From: Podarcis vaucheri
Lineage: Eukaryota
Assembly (NCBI GenBank): GCA_965113315.1
Contig: OZ220375.1
DNA length: 64,000 nucleotides
Direction: 5' to 3' (one strand)
Part shown: piece after piece, positions 1 to 13,236 of the stretch
Numbering within the stretch: the first letter of the stretch is position 1
How the letters are laid out: the number at the start of each line of letters is the position of its first letter
The notes under the pieces: model-generated
Database searches by the model: none
Seen by the model: only the letters and a program-made list of their open reading frames with translations
What the model was told of the DNA's origin: nothing
Translations under genes and position numbers: made by a program

Positions 1-913
1 TTGAGGGTATCAAAAGCGGCTGAGAAGCTGGGGAGGATTAAAAGAACACATTTTCCCGGTCTCTCTCCCAACAGACAATGAGAACTGCTGGTGCTAATTT
101 CAAAGGATTATACTAATTGCAAACTGAATTATGTGCAAGTGGGTATCAATGATCTTGTAGCAGAAACCATCAGCTCCTGGTGTGCTGAGCTCAGATGCTC
201 TTCATCAGATGCTGTCTTTAAAATTAAAATATGTACCTAATTAAAAACTGAATATAATTCTTAACTCGTCTAAATCGTTTTTAAAAATCCACAAGTCCTT
301 CTCCTACTTATTATTAAAGGCAGTGCAATTATGGCAGGTTCAGGTGAGATCTCATGAGATTTCATGGAGTGCACATGATCTCACCAGAAACTACCACCGC
401 TGCCACTTCTCTGCCAGTGGGGTGGGTAGGGTGCCAATGGTGGGGGGGGGGTTGTTGCCTCTTGGGCTTCCGCTGCCTGAGATGTCTGCCTCGGCCTGCC
501 TCATGGGTGGGCCAGCCCTGCCTATATTGTGGCTGCAGCAACTAGGGGAAATTATTGGCACAATTAAATGAAACTGCCCCTGGTCACTGTCTGGCACTCA
601 TTCCATTTGGGTTTTCCACTACCATTTGCACGTAATGTGAGGCATCCCTATCATTCTCATCCCAAGTCACTGGGGCTGGTGGTGGCTAGGAAAATTCCCT
701 AGGGGGTTGTCTCAGTTCACGTGGCAAGTCCATCATGCAATGTCACAGTATGAGATGGGGACAGGGATCCCCAAGGAGATGCCATCTTTGGTCATATTCA
801 CATTTTGGTAACAACGCAAAGACAAGTTATCTCTAACAGTGGTGAGAAAAAGCAAGATTCAACGGCACCGTTTTGATCTCATATTACAAAGGCACAAAAA
901 AGGAGACATGTAC

Positions 914-1143
914 CTCATTATCTTGAATATTTGGATCTGCATTATTCTCCAACAGCACCACCATGCAATTAATGTAGCCTCCGTAGGCAGCACACTGCAA
1001 TGGAGATCTACCTGCATAATCCTGTACATTTGGATTTATTTTATTTTCTATCAATATCTGGCAAACATCAGGGTTTCCTCCCAGAGCTGCCCAGTGCAAG
1101 GGAGAGTGGCCATCTTGGTCAACCAAATCAACTCTTGCTCCTC
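914..1143 (-). CDS. INVS: Inversin exon 10 (230 nt) GGARVDLVDQDGHSPLHWAALGG...NADPNIQDNE
   Basis: Core of ORF 884..1270; acceptor ttgcag|GA, donor GAG|gtacat; ankyrin motifs. Confidence 0.96.
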
Positions 1144-2211
1144 CTGCAACAATAATAGATTTTTTGATTATCCAACACTGTATGACGCCTGATTCTAGCA
1201 GCAGCTTATAAAACCGTACAAAACACAAGAAACAGTCCAAAAGGAGTGCCACAGTTCCACAGCAACACAAAAGACAGAACTAGCCACAGAATTCAGCTTC
1301 CTGAAAACACTGGTCTTAATTAAAACACAGACATGCTTCTAGCCTACATGGGCTTGGAAGCTATTCTTGAAAGTATATGGGCAATACCTGCTGAAATTTC
1401 AGAGGCAGCGGAGTAGCTGAATGAGATTTCCAGAGGTTGCGGCTTCATAGCTCCTCTTCTTCTCCATGATTAGAAAAATCAATATAAACTAGGTAAATAG
1501 TAACAACTACAAAATAAGCTAAACTATCCATATTTCCTTGATTTATATAAAATTCAGTTTTTCTTGGTGAAGAATTTTGATTGTATATGACTGTCAAATT
1601 CTTTTAGTAGAGTATACAGAGCTTTGCCTGTTGGCTCCAAAAAGGCAATACTACATCTAACACAATGACAGAAGATTTGCATATTTGTGCCCCATTAGGC
1701 AAAGACCAGGAAAAGTTTTAGAATTAAAGATTGCCTAACCAAAAATGCCTGGCTGGAAACCAATTCCAAAATTATTTATGGGAGTTAATGGAGAGAGGGA
1801 GTTTTTCAGAAACAAATTGCAAAACTAGCTTTGGGTCAAATGTGAAGTTTAGGCTCAATGACAAACTGTCCCTCTCAGTTAGTTTTAAAACATGACATAG
1901 AAATACTGTTCAAACAGCCAATGAAAAGCTCAGAGGCAACTTCTTCCACATTAATCTAATGTTATCAATCTAAAGGATCAGCATAATCCAAATTTACCTC
2001 AAATGTAGCTTTAGGAAGTAGTTTGGTGGAAGATCTAATTTTCTGCCCTGATCTTTCAATGTAGATGCATGATAAATACCTTCTTTCAACTCTCTTCCTG
2101 TGCCAACTGGGGATTCACTTTCTTCTTGTCTGTCATTACTGTTTATTTCATTTCAAAAACTGAAGACAGCAGTGTTTCTATGAACAAGTCTATAAATGTG
2201 TCACAGCTGAC

Positions 2212-2367
2212 CTTTAATGAGAGTCTGTATCACTTCTTTATGTCCCATCTCACAGGCACGGAATAGGGGAGTATGCTTCATGACGTCAGCAGCATCTACC
2301 TGGGCATCGTGTTTTAGCAGCAATTGCACGGTGCTGACATGGCCAGAAAGGGCAGCAGCATGTAATG
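2212..2367 (-). CDS. INVS: Inversin exon 9 (156 nt) ALHAAALSGHVSTVQLLLKHDAQVDAADVMKHTPLFRACEMGHKEVIQTLIK
   Basis: Manual translation; ttcag| acceptor, G|gtcagc donor; phases 1/1. Confidence 0.95.
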
Positions 2368-3211
2368 CTGAAAGATGGACAAAAAACAGGGCATGTAAAA
2401 ATTAGAGGAGAGCAATTAGAATTGTGAATGTAACAAAACTTAAACACCAGGGCAAGAAGGGGGATTTACACTCATCTTCCACCTATTTTTTAACCTATGC
2501 ATACAGCTTATGCGTTCTTAATACTATCACTAAATAAATTGCACTAGCTGATGAAACACTTTAAGTTATGTTGGTGAAAAGAATCTAATCGGGTTACTGG
2601 CTCTTTAGAAAAAAAGAAGTCTGGCAAAAATGCCACCTGCTGCAAGAACTTGGCTGCACGGTCTGACCCGACTGTACATTCCAGATCCTGTTTTTCAGCA
2701 CTACACTTGTGGAGCACAAGGCAGTAAACTACTCAACTGGTTGATGCATGAGATGTTTGCAACAATACATTTAAATAAAGGAGCAGCTATGTCAGCAAGG
2801 CCTGGTTTCTCCCTCTCCATCATTCATTCTGACGCAGGCAACTTGCTTCCAAGCCTCTGTTCAGTATTTCCTAGTAAGCTCATTTTTCTTGAAGGGAGTC
2901 ACAGTGACTGAAGAGATTCTTCGGCCAGCTGGTCACAATGAAACCTTTGTTCCACCAACACTTAGATCCCTCTCCATTGTATATAGTGACGGCAAAGTTA
3001 TAAAGCTGCCCCTGTGCTGCTCCTACGATACTAATCGACATTCTTTTCCCTTGGTATCATTTTGCTAGACAATAACAAATGTCTTGCAATTCTATTAAAA
3101 CTTGAATTGAATGGACTCAAATGCAATGGTAGATCTGGGTTCAACTAAGCAAATTTCTTAGCATCCGTATCATAGATCCTTTTGGAAACATGTGCAGCTG
3201 GATATTATATA

Positions 3212-3574
3212 AAGGTAAAGGTAAAGGTACCCCTGCCCGTACGGGCCAGTCTTGCCAGACTCTAGGGTTGTGCGCCCATCTCACTCAAGAGGCCGTGGGC
3301 CAGCGCTGTCCGAAGACACTTCCGGGTCACGTGGCCAGCGTGACATCGCAGCTCTGGCGAACCAGAGCCGCACACGGAAACGCTGTTTACCTTCCCGCTG
3401 GTAAGCAGTCCCTATTTATCTACTTGCACCTGGAGGTGCTTTCGAACTGCTAGGTTGGCAGGCGCTGGGACCGAACGACGGTAGCGCACCCCGCCGCAGG
3501 GATTCGAACCGCCGACCTTTCGATCGGCAAGCCCTAGGCGCTGAGGCTTTTACCCACAGCGCCACCTGCGTCCC
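3212..3574 (-). mobile_element. Sauria SINE, full length
   Basis: tRNA-like head GGGACGCAGGTGGCGCTG..GGTTCGAATCC, (ACCTTT)n tail, TSD TGGATATTATATA (3199-3211 / 3575-3587). Confidence 0.88.
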
Positions 3575-4146
3575 TGGATATTATATACTTTAGCCCAACT
3601 TCTTCCAAATTTAAAATCGCCAAATGAGACATGATTATGGGAATTCTGTGTGGTTAAACAGTAAAACTTCCTGGAGAGAGAGTGTCTAATTTTAACAACA
3701 AAGGTTGGGTAGGAGTGCAGAACTGCTGCACCTGCGGCTTGCCACTCCCCAAACACTTTTATTTTAGTTGAGGTCCATTCCAGTAAGAGAGCTTGGCTGA
3801 GGAGGAAAGCATTTGAGAAGAATAGCTAAGTGAAAATAAGTGTCAGCAAGTGGAGGGTTCTGCACTTGTTAAATGGTTTTTATTTCTTTTACAGACAGAT
3901 CATCATCATTTTTGGGAGAGGGGAGCATAAATCAAGTACCAACACGTCAAAAGTTAATGTTTACCAACAATGTGGGACCTTCCATTGGTGTACTTCAGCA
4001 CATACATGTAAAATATTTAAAAGCAAACTTTCTAGAACTTGCTGGGCACCCAAGGTGGTCCTTGTATAGCCAACTGTTGGTTGAGAAAAATAATTGATGA
4101 GTACCAAATATTAATAATATTAATTATTATATTAATTAATAATATA

Positions 4147-4862
4147 AAGAGGAGAGCGCAAAATATGGTCTGAAGCTCAACATCAAAAAAACTAAGATCA
4201 TGGCCACTGGTCCCATTACCTCCTGGCAAATAGAAGGGGAAGAAATGGAGGCAGTGAGAGAGTTTACTTTCTTGGGTTCCATGATCACTGCAGATGGCGA
4301 CAGCAGTCATGAAATTAAAATGCTTCTTGGGAGAAAAACAATGACAAACCTATACAGCATCTTAAAAAGAAGACATTACCTTGCTGACAAAGGTCCGTAT
4401 AGTTAAAGCTATGGTTTTCCCAGTAGTGATGTATGGAAGTGAGAGCTGGGCCATAAAGAAGGCTGATCGCCGAAGAATTGATGCTTTTGAATTATGGTGC
4501 TGGAAGAGACTCTTGAGAGTTCCATGGACTGCAAGAAGATCAAACCTATCCATTCTTAAGGAAATCAGCCCTGAGTGCTCACTGGAAGAACAGATCGTGA
4601 AGCTGAGACTCCAATACTTTAGCCACCTCATGAGAAGAGAAGACTCCCTGGAAAAGACCTTGATGTTGGGAAAGATGGAGGGCACAAGGAGAAGGGGACG
4701 ACAGAGGACGAGATGGTTGGACAGTGTTCTCGAAGCTACAAACATGAGTTTGACCAAACTGCGGGAAGCAGTGGAAGACAGGAGTGCCTGGCGTGCTCTG
4801 GTCCAGGGGGTCACGAAGAGTCGGACACGACTAAACGACTAAATGACTAAACAACAACAACC
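4147..4862 (+). mobile_element. BovB (RTE) LINE, 5'-truncated
   Basis: ORF 4381..4842 (VFPVVMYGSESW, RIDAFELWCW, LQYFSHLMRR, RRGRQRTRWLD); (CAA)n tail; TSD ACCAAATATT at 4103-4112 and 4863-4872. Confidence 0.92.
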
Positions 4863-5026
4863 ACCAAATATTTGCGAATAAATATTGATTTGCTAAATGT
4901 ATGAAAAGTCTGCTCTGGTGGGCATGTTTCTCCGCTAGTGACACTTGTCATTTTCTTTCATGTCATCCCAATTTAGCTCGGCTCTAGGAAGTTTCCAGTA
5001 TTTAGCTGCCTTCATTCTTGAATCTA

Positions 5027-5292
5027 TAGTGGTGCCCCGCAAGACGAATGCCTCGCAAGACAAAAAACCCGCTAGATGAAAGGGTTTCCCGTTTTTCGAT
5101 GCGCTTCGCAAGACGAATTTCCCTATGGGCTTGCTTTGCAAGACAAAAACGTCTTGCGAGTCTTGCAATTTTTTTCGCTCCCCCCTTTTTCTAAGCCGCT
5201 AAGCCGCTAATAGGGTTGCTTCGCAAGACAAAAAAACCGCTAGACAAAGAGACTCGCGGAACGGATTATTTTCGTCTTGCGAGGCACCACTG
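5027..5292. mobile_element. Tigger/Tc1-mariner-type MITE (family also at 31150 and 55783)
   Basis: TIRs (C/T)AGTGGTGCCCCGCAAGACGAA / TTCGTCTTGCGAGGCACCACTG, TA flanks. Confidence 0.82.
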
Positions 5293-6209
5293 TACAAAGA
5301 GAAAAAGGGTCAGTCCCTTGCGTTCACAGGAAATGCAAGATGCACCATAAGAGAAAATAGCATGTGAAGCAAAGTTTGTTTAGGTACCAGCTTTGAAAAG
5401 TTGTTACTGCTAAAAGGAAAGAGAGATAGAGACAGAGACAGAACGGTGATTCTGCTGGTGTCACGTCCATCCTTCTGCACTGTGTGACCTTGTAAAGGTG
5501 ATCACAGATGTGGTGTTGGAGTGCCCCCAGATTGCAGTTCTGTGGTTGCCTTAGTAGGGCCAGTTCAGGATTTCATGAAGCCATGACAGCCATTGGTCTG
5601 TCTCAATACATCATGAGGCATACCTGCTGTGTTTTTAGAGTGGGCTAGTTGTTTTCCAGCTGCAGAGGGAGTTATCAGATTACTTTCTGGTCAAACATGG
5701 ACAGGAAGTGACTGTTCGCCTTGCAGAGGTAGAGGACTAGTTGTTATGCTCTGGTGGAAGACCTGTGTAATCTGACATTGCTGGTGCTCCTGTTGAAGCT
5801 ATGGTCTCACTAGAATGGTGAGATGGAAAGAGCCATGACAGCTCCAGGGCACCCTCTCCAGTGGTGCGAAGTCCAAAGTTCAGTGGTTTTCTGTGGAACT
5901 TTGAACTACGTAGCAGTTGGATGACAGATGGAGTGCAAGACTCACACCAAGACCGACCAAACACAGAAAAAAGAACATAATTGAATCTACCATGTGACAG
6001 TGATGGCAGCAATATTGTGTCATTGAGCAACTGTCCAGCAGCTTAAAAAAAATTTTTTTATTGAGTTTTCAAGAATAACTAAATACATAAGCATAGGAAA
6101 TTATCTGTTCAATAAAGTATGCAGATACAATTGCCTTACATTGTCATACTTGCCACACTCAGCAAACATACACAGAACTACTATAACAAATACACTAACT
6201 GAAACAAAA

Positions 6210-6232
6210 CTCTCTCTCTCTCTCTCTCTCTC
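6210..6232. repeat. (CT)n microsatellite
   Basis: Seen directly. Confidence 0.85.
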
Positions 6233-7231
6233 CTAACCAACTGACACTTGGGTTCCAAATGTCATAAGAATATCCCATTACTCTTCAGCAGGTCAGCAGA
6301 GCTTTCAAGAATTTTGAGGGAGCTGCTGACTTTTGAGTCACAGCTAGGAGCTATCACAAACCTGATGCCTGCTGTGACAAATTTGCAAGGCATTTTGAGA
6401 ATAAGACACGATTTTGACACTACACACAGTGCAGGAGATGTCAAATACAAGCATCTGATAACGTTCTCTGTGAAGCCACTGGATTTGCTTAGCTAGAGAT
6501 TTGGAACCCGGTGTCATCAAAATGCAGGTGACACCCAGCTCTACTTTTCTATTCTATCTGAACCAGATGAAGTTGTATCAAATCTAAACTGCTTTCTGGA
6601 GGCAGTACTAATAACCAACAAACTGAAGCTCAATCCTAAAAAGAGGATAGAGTTATTGGTCAGCAGTGTCTGTGTCCAGGAATTTGGTGTGCATCCTGCT
6701 CTAAATGGTACGGCAGTTCCTCTGGAGAAAGCCCATGGTCTGGGGGTATTCTTTGATTCAGAAAGTTTCATCCCTAATATCACCATTATGTTTAACATTC
6801 CTTTAATCATATCTATATTATACTTATTCTATAAAAAAGATTTATGGCCATCCAAAAGTTTATGCCCATGTTCATGTTGTATATCCAATGATTCTATATA
6901 TCAACCAGTCATAGTTTAGTTAGTAAACTTTATCTCCATTTATCATCACATTTTTTGAATTTTCAGACCAGGTTCTGAAGAGCTGCCTTAGCTGTGTCCA
7001 AAGGCTTGAATGCAAAAATCTTTCCCCATCTCCTCAGTGCCATTAGGAAAACGGACTGCATTTGAAACTTCTATCAGTTTCCAAAACAGTTTTGCTCAGT
7101 ACAATCTTTTGCTCATTGTACAATACTTGTACAATGCATCCTTAGAGAATGTAGAATTCATATTGCATACATGTGTGTTCAAAACACCTACCAAGTTTAT
7201 AAGAACTTCAAAAGTATGTTAGTTTTCTTAC

Positions 7232-7403
7232 CTGTGCCACCATATTTGTCTGCCATGTTGATATCAATGTCCAATTTTAAATTCAGCATTGTCTGGATGA
7301 CATCGTTGCTGCCTTTCCCAGCAGCCCACATAAAAGACGTTCTTCCCTCAAGATCTGAATCATCTTTCACAGAAGGATGCTTCAAAAATGCTTCCACGGT
7401 TTC
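7232..7403 (-). CDS. INVS: Inversin exon 8 (172 nt) ETVEAFLKHPSVKDDSDLEGRTSFMWAAGKG...DKYGGT
   Basis: ORF 7197..7397; ctag|GAA acceptor, G|gtaag donor. Confidence 0.96.
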
Positions 7404-9639
7404 CTAGACCACAAATCTTCTCTGAATAAGGATGGTATTGAAATGAAAATAATATATGGCTCTAGGGTTCACAAATCAAACTATTGTCACATCATAGCAA
7501 AGATTTTTTGCTTAAGCAAGAAAACTTCATTCTTCCTTTCAAGGAAACATCACAAGTTTCACAACGGGTTGGAAATATTGCCATTAAAAGAGCATTGGGG
7601 GGATTCTGAGTCCTCAACACTATTTAAGCCTATTAGGCTTCACTCATTTTTTAAAAACAACAACAACAACCCTAATTGTTTAGTATTCCTAATAAAGCAA
7701 AAAAGTGGGTTGTGGATTTCAGTCAAATTAGCCTCTCTTTCTCAATTTTTAAAAAGACTACCAAGCCTTTTAAATAATTTGTTAGGCTTCCATTATTGTA
7801 CTTCACTGCTGAGTATGACACAAAATTCATACAAGTGTATAATGCAGCCTCCATGATGACAAATGTATCCACAGCAGCATTCGTTCTGTTTATTGAATTT
7901 AGATATTTTCACAAGTTCCTCAAACTTTATTTCTAAAGCTCTCTGAGGACTGGTTCGCACAATATTGTTCTGTACATGAAAAAGCATCCTCAGCTATAAC
8001 TTAGATGGACAAATGTGCCACATAAACCACGTGATGGGAACTGCTGCCAGCCATCTCCATAATCACCTTGTACACATTTATGTTTGTCTGTAGGACACAT
8101 GCCCGAGAATGGTCAGGACTGTTCACATGTACAAGTAAAATATTGTGTGAGCAGATTCCGAGATGTTTCATTTTGTTGCGCTGTATGGCATGCAACAAAT
8201 CCTTACTTGTTAATATGCAATGAAGTCATCATGTTTTACTGAAAGACAGTTGGACTGCACCCCTGGTAAGCTACGCCTTGATGGGAGAAGATGCAGATAA
8301 ACTTCTCTTCCTTCTCTCATCTCTCTTTCTTTTCAAAGACCAAGACCTGTCCTAGATATTACTTCCCTGGCACAACAAAGTAGATGTGCATACAAACTTC
8401 TTGGCTTTTGACATATGCTCACAATACTGCTGTCTTCCTTCCCTGCCAAAAGCCAACAGAATAAACTGTTAAGGCTATACAAGCCCTTAATCAAAAAGGT
8501 AAAAAGCGTTATTTAAGCTGAGCCAAAGTTTCATGCTTCCCACACTGTATCCGATACACCAAACCTTCTCTTTAATCATGGAGTAAAAGACCTACTCTTC
8601 TTCATGAGAAAATGCATTTTGCCCCTCAGGCTCTCAGCAATACCAGATGGTTGATCCTTTTCTTAATCAGACCTTGACAGTTTTAGGGTGGATACCAAAA
8701 CATGATATATTTCATGATGTATATTTACTCCTCAGTTCCTCCCAATCCAGGGCCAGCCTGCCCCTGAGACAGAGGGAAGCAGCCTGCCTCAGGCGGCAGA
8801 ATCCTGGGGGGTGTGTGTGTGTGTGTGTGTGAGGCAGTGCCCTGGCGGGAAACTTAACGGACTTGGGTTCATTCATTTCAGTGGGTCTGCTCTGAGCAAC
8901 TGTAATTAGTTGGCTTAGTTGGAATTCAACAATAGCTTTTTATTTCAAAAAGTTAGCACCTGGAAAGCAGGATTGCTATCTTTTGTTGTAAACATTTATT
9001 CCACTTTGCCTAAGGAAAACAGGTTTCCATATTGTTTCAAAAACATGGCAAAGATTGTTTGATCAAAGATAACAATGTGACAAAAGAAGTGTGTGCACAC
9101 CATAAGAATATAAATATCGCCCAAATCTCCATTTTCTTAACAATGTTCTTTTATCAACTGCCAACACACCTTAGTATAAGTGTTTTCACCAGAAGTCAGG
9201 CCAATTAATGACAGGACTTGAAAAAGAACAATTGGTGCTACCTGAAGTGGAGATTTGGGAGTGGGATGCTGGAGCCAATGGGGTGATGCGGGCAGGAGCA
9301 AAGCTTTGCGGAAAATAGGCTTGTTCCCCTCAGCTTTTCAGATTCACCAAGCAGCAAGTATCGACCGAGTCCTGAAAGAATAAAATTCCCTGCCTATTTT
9401 CCCTCTCTCTCTTGGCTCAATGAAGCGAAAGAAACAGTGTTAGGTATCTGTGAGTAAGGAAAATAAAGAACTGACAGGCCACAAACCTCCATCAGTGTAG
9501 AGCACCCCAGGGTGGGGCTCATTGGTGCCAACATCCCACTCCCAAATCTCCACCAGGTAAGACCAATTGTTCTATTTGTATTGTGGGATGCTGGAACCAA
9601 TGGGGTGAGACATACCATAACAAGTCACAACCACTCAAG

Positions 9640-10690
9640 TCTTTTGTCTGTGATGTCAAGGAGTTGGGTGTCCGCCTCATGGGGAACCAGATTCCGAGAG
9701 AAAAGATTTAGTACGGGGTTTTAATATAGGCCAAATACTCAGGGTCTAAGGAATATAACTTGTCTGCCAAGATAGTATTCTTTTTAGAACGCATAGGAGC
9801 GTCAAGCTCAGCCTTAGTTACAGCCTTCAAAATAGAAGGAGCTAGCATAAAATTGGAAGAGGAGTGACTGTCAGTTAACAAAGACACATCACTCTCTGGC
9901 TTGGAAGATGTAGCTTTATCTGATTGAGAAGTGAACTCAAGAGCATGCATTATTTTGCACTTCAGAATGGGGGCGCTGGCCTCTTGAAACACCCTCACAG
10001 ATATGGGTTCCTCATGGGTTGAACCCTCACTCCAATCGTCCTCCATGTCCATATCTAAATGAAAGAGATAGGCACACACACAGAGAAAGGGCAACTCAAT
10101 ACACTTAATTCCATTAACCTGGTTAATTAGGAGGAGGAACAATAGGCTCACAATCCCTCTCCATTTGTCACTCCATGAACCAGGAGAGGAATGGCAGAAG
10201 CAATGCAGCTGTCCCTTAAAGGGCTAAAACTATTCAGGCCATTTAAATAAGCTGCTGTGGGGGGAGTGGATGAACTCAACCGCCATGTTCTCAGTTGCCA
10301 CAGCAGTGAACCGGGAGATTGTGGTATACTACTGCCAAGCCACACACTCCATCGCTGTTAAAAATGTACTGGGAGGGGGAGAAGAGTCTCTTGCCACTCA
10401 CTCCTGTGCAGTTTGAGAGAAATGCAATCAGAGAGGGCTGGAGAGGGGAGGGCGGGGATGTCAGGCAGGAAGGAACTGCTTCACCCAATGCTGAGGTGAC
10501 AACGGAAGAAATTGTCATACGAGAAGTTTGTAGAAAATAAAGATAGGCGACCCCAGCAATGGAGGTGACTGAGTTAGAAATGGAGGCGGTGCGCGGGAAG
10601 CTAGACTGCACCCTGCAAGCGGCGGCCAAAAAGTGCCTCAGCCACAGTCAAAAGCCAGGGGCAGAAAAACTAGGTTTTAATGGAAAAAAT
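9640..10690 (-). mobile_element. Degraded DIRS-like retroelement ORF1 (gag-like) fragment
   Basis: ORF 9708..10151 (KAELDAP..KKNTILADKLYSLDPEYL..KTP) resembles DIRS1 ORF1 from memory; boundaries approximate. Confidence 0.45.
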
Positions 10691-10704
10691 AAACAAAATA
10701 AATA

Positions 10705-11436
10705 CCGTATTTTTTGCACCATAACACTCACTTTTTTCCTCCTAGAAAGTAAGGGGAAATGTCTGTGCGTGTTATGGAGCGAATGCCTATGGATGGCGGG
10801 GGGATCTGCTGCAGTCGTGAGCAGAGGATCCATGGTTCCCCTTCCTTCCCTCCTCCGTGGCTCGCTTTGAAACAGCAAAGCGGGAGAAGAGCTGCTGAGT
10901 GGGGAGGAGAGAGGGACAGAGAGCCTGCTTCTTTAAAGGAGCAAAGCGGGAGAGGAGAGGAGCCTTCTCCCCTTATACCCCTCTTCTGCATTATTAATAG
11001 CATCCTTCTCCACCCACCCCACGCGTGTTCCTTTTCCCTTGAGTGCTTTTCCTTCCCTCCCCACTTAAAACGTGGTTACAAAGCACAGATCCACATGGAT
11101 CCTCAGGATTTTTGCACTGGGTCACCCTAAATTCACCATCAGATCACATAGCATGTCCATGGCTACAGCTTGCACCAAAGAAATCACGCACCCACTGTTG
11201 CCTGGGGCTGCAGTGGTGCAAAAATGTGGTTACAAAGCATGGATCTACATGGATCCTCAGGATTTTTGCATTGGGCTACTCCAAACTCACCGTCAGATCA
11301 CATGTCTGTGGCCACAGCATGAACCACAAAAATCATACACCCACTGTTTCGTTTAGAAATTTTTTTTCTTGTTTTCCTCCTCTAAAAACTATGTGCGTGT
11401 TATGGTCAGGTGCGTGTTATAGAGCGAAAAATACGG
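10705..11436 (+). mobile_element. Tc2/pogo-like non-autonomous DNA transposon with internal duplication
   Basis: TIRs CCGTATTTTTTGCACCATAAC / GTTATAGAGCGAAAAATACGG, TA flanks; near-identical inverted copy at 36149-36809. Confidence 0.82.
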
Positions 11437-11641
11437 TAAGTAAATCCAACAGCGGGGGTCGAGGCTTATCTGAAGCAGGAGAGCCGAGGAGAACGCTCTG
11501 CTGTGTCAGGCAGGAGAAAAAACTGAGGTGAAGGAGCCCATTTCCCACAAAGCAATGTTCCTGCCTGCATCACCCCGCTGGCTCCAGCCTCCCACAATAG
11601 AAATCAGAGATATTTCAACATAACCTGTTTGTTTCACGTAC

Positions 11642-11751
11642 AGCAAAGTTACTCTGGGCTGCATAGTGTAAAGGTGTTGCTCCTTGGCTGTCAGATGGGA
11701 TGGTCCCAAACTTGTTTCTTTCCAAAAGAAGGTGGACAATCTGCGCATGGC
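11642..11751 (-). CDS. INVS: Inversin exon 7 (110 nt) HAQIVHLLLERNKFGTIPSDSQGATPLHYAAQSNFA
   Basis: tttag|GC acceptor, GCT|gtacgt donor; manual translation. Confidence 0.95.
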
Positions 11752-12134
11752 CTAAAAGAGAGAGCAGAATACATATTACTTAGCTCACTATATGTGCTCC
11801 AGATTTCTTCCCTCATCCTATGAGGATGTTGTTATCTCTGTTTCCACCAGCGCATGTGCATCAGTGCAGGGACCTATCTATTTTACTTATGGAGCTTTGT
11901 AAAATGCAGGATTGATACAAATAAGTAGGAAGTAGGAAGTTACAAAAAGCCGAGCAAAGCTGGCAAATTTGGGCTGTTCAACAACATGTTATCTGCTCAT
12001 TTCCCTCACAGAGAGATCAGCAGTATGACTGCTAAATCTAGAACCGTACAAATCTGACAAGCAACCGTATCTGTGTGCATCTTAATCAACCTCAAGATTC
12101 TCCTTAGCCAAGTCGCACTGCATGTTATGGCGAG

Positions 12135-12320
12135 GGCTGTAGATCAGTGGTACAGTCCATGCTTTGCATGGAGAAGGTCTGAATCTCAATCCCTAGTATC
12201 TTCAGCTATAACTGGGAAAGACCAGTAACTGGAGAGCCACTGCCAGCCAAAGTGTGTCAGCAATACTGAGCTACCTGGACCAATAGTCAGAGTTAGGATA
12301 AAGCAGCCTTTATGTTCCTG
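12135..12320 (+). mobile_element. Old tRNA-derived squamate SINE (related inverted copy ~49915-50070)
   Basis: tRNA-Ala-like head GGGCTGTAGATCAGTGGTA..TGCTTTGCATG, decayed body. Confidence 0.55.
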
Positions 12321-12447
12321 TTTCCCCCTCTTTCATACCAGTCAAACTTCTTCAGTGTTTCAAGCTCCAATTTAGGAAATTCGAGTTCCCAAAAATTGAT
12401 ACATATGCCCAAGAAGAAATTTAGAAATTCAGTCATTCAGTATTTAC

Positions 12448-12628
12448 CCAGTAAAGCTGCCCAGTGCAAGGGAGTTCGAAATAAATTATCGTAAGAGGTG
12501 ACATTGCAACCTTCATAGGAGGTCAACAGATCAGCAACAGCTACATTCCCATCAGCAACTGCAAAGTGAAGGGGAGTTCGTCCTTCGTAGTCTTGCCAGT
12601 TCAGCAGAGATTCAGTTGGAGCAGCATC
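12448..12628 (-). CDS. INVS: Inversin exon 6 (181 nt) DAAPTESLLNWQDYEGRTPLHFAVADGN...FRTPLHWAALLG
   Basis: tag|GAT acceptor, G|gtaaat donor; manual translation. Confidence 0.96.
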
Positions 12629-13068
12629 CTAGTTGCAAAAGTGCCAGGTAGATAAGGTGCGATTAGCATTAAGAGATCGTAGCAGCTAAGAGAGGATGGT
12701 TTTACAATTAAGAGGTTACATTAAAGCTGCACGTACTCAAGACATTTAAACCCAAAATTACGTTAGGGAGGTGCTTGCTGGCCAGGCTTCAATTTGACCT
12801 GGGGTGGGAGGGATGGCAATGGACTTAAAGAAGAGGCACCTTGCCCAGGGCTCTCTCAAATCTAGCAGCACCAGTGTGAATCCACGTTAATAAGTGAAGT
12901 TGGGAGGCATTCAAAAGGACGTTAGAGTGTCACTTGTGACAGAGACAACCCTTACGACTATGAGCCCTAAAACGATTCCAAGTACTCTTTGTGGTGCCCA
13001 CATACAACTGCCACTAAAAAAAAGGTACATCAGATCAGATAGGTATTTATTTGAAAAGAAATCCTTAC

Positions 13069-13236
13069 CAAAATGCACTTAACAGTATGAACTGCACTTG
13101 GATCCTTGTGGTTAGCAGCCCAATGAAGTGGAATTTTGCCTTCAATATCTGGGATTCCAATATTAGAATCGTGTTTGATCAGAAGTTTCACATGCTCTGG
13201 ATTATTGTAATAGGCACTCCAGTGAAGAGCAGTTTG
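13069..13236 (-). CDS. INVS: Inversin exon 5 (168 nt) QTALHWSAYYNNPEHVKLLIKHDSNIGIPD...VKCIL
   Basis: cccag|CAA acceptor, TTG|gtaagg donor. Confidence 0.96.

Noticed and set aside
3490-3574. tRNA genes (A/B-box motifs here and at ~12135, 22323, 28000, 55412)
   Set aside because: These are SINE heads continuing into SINE bodies and tails
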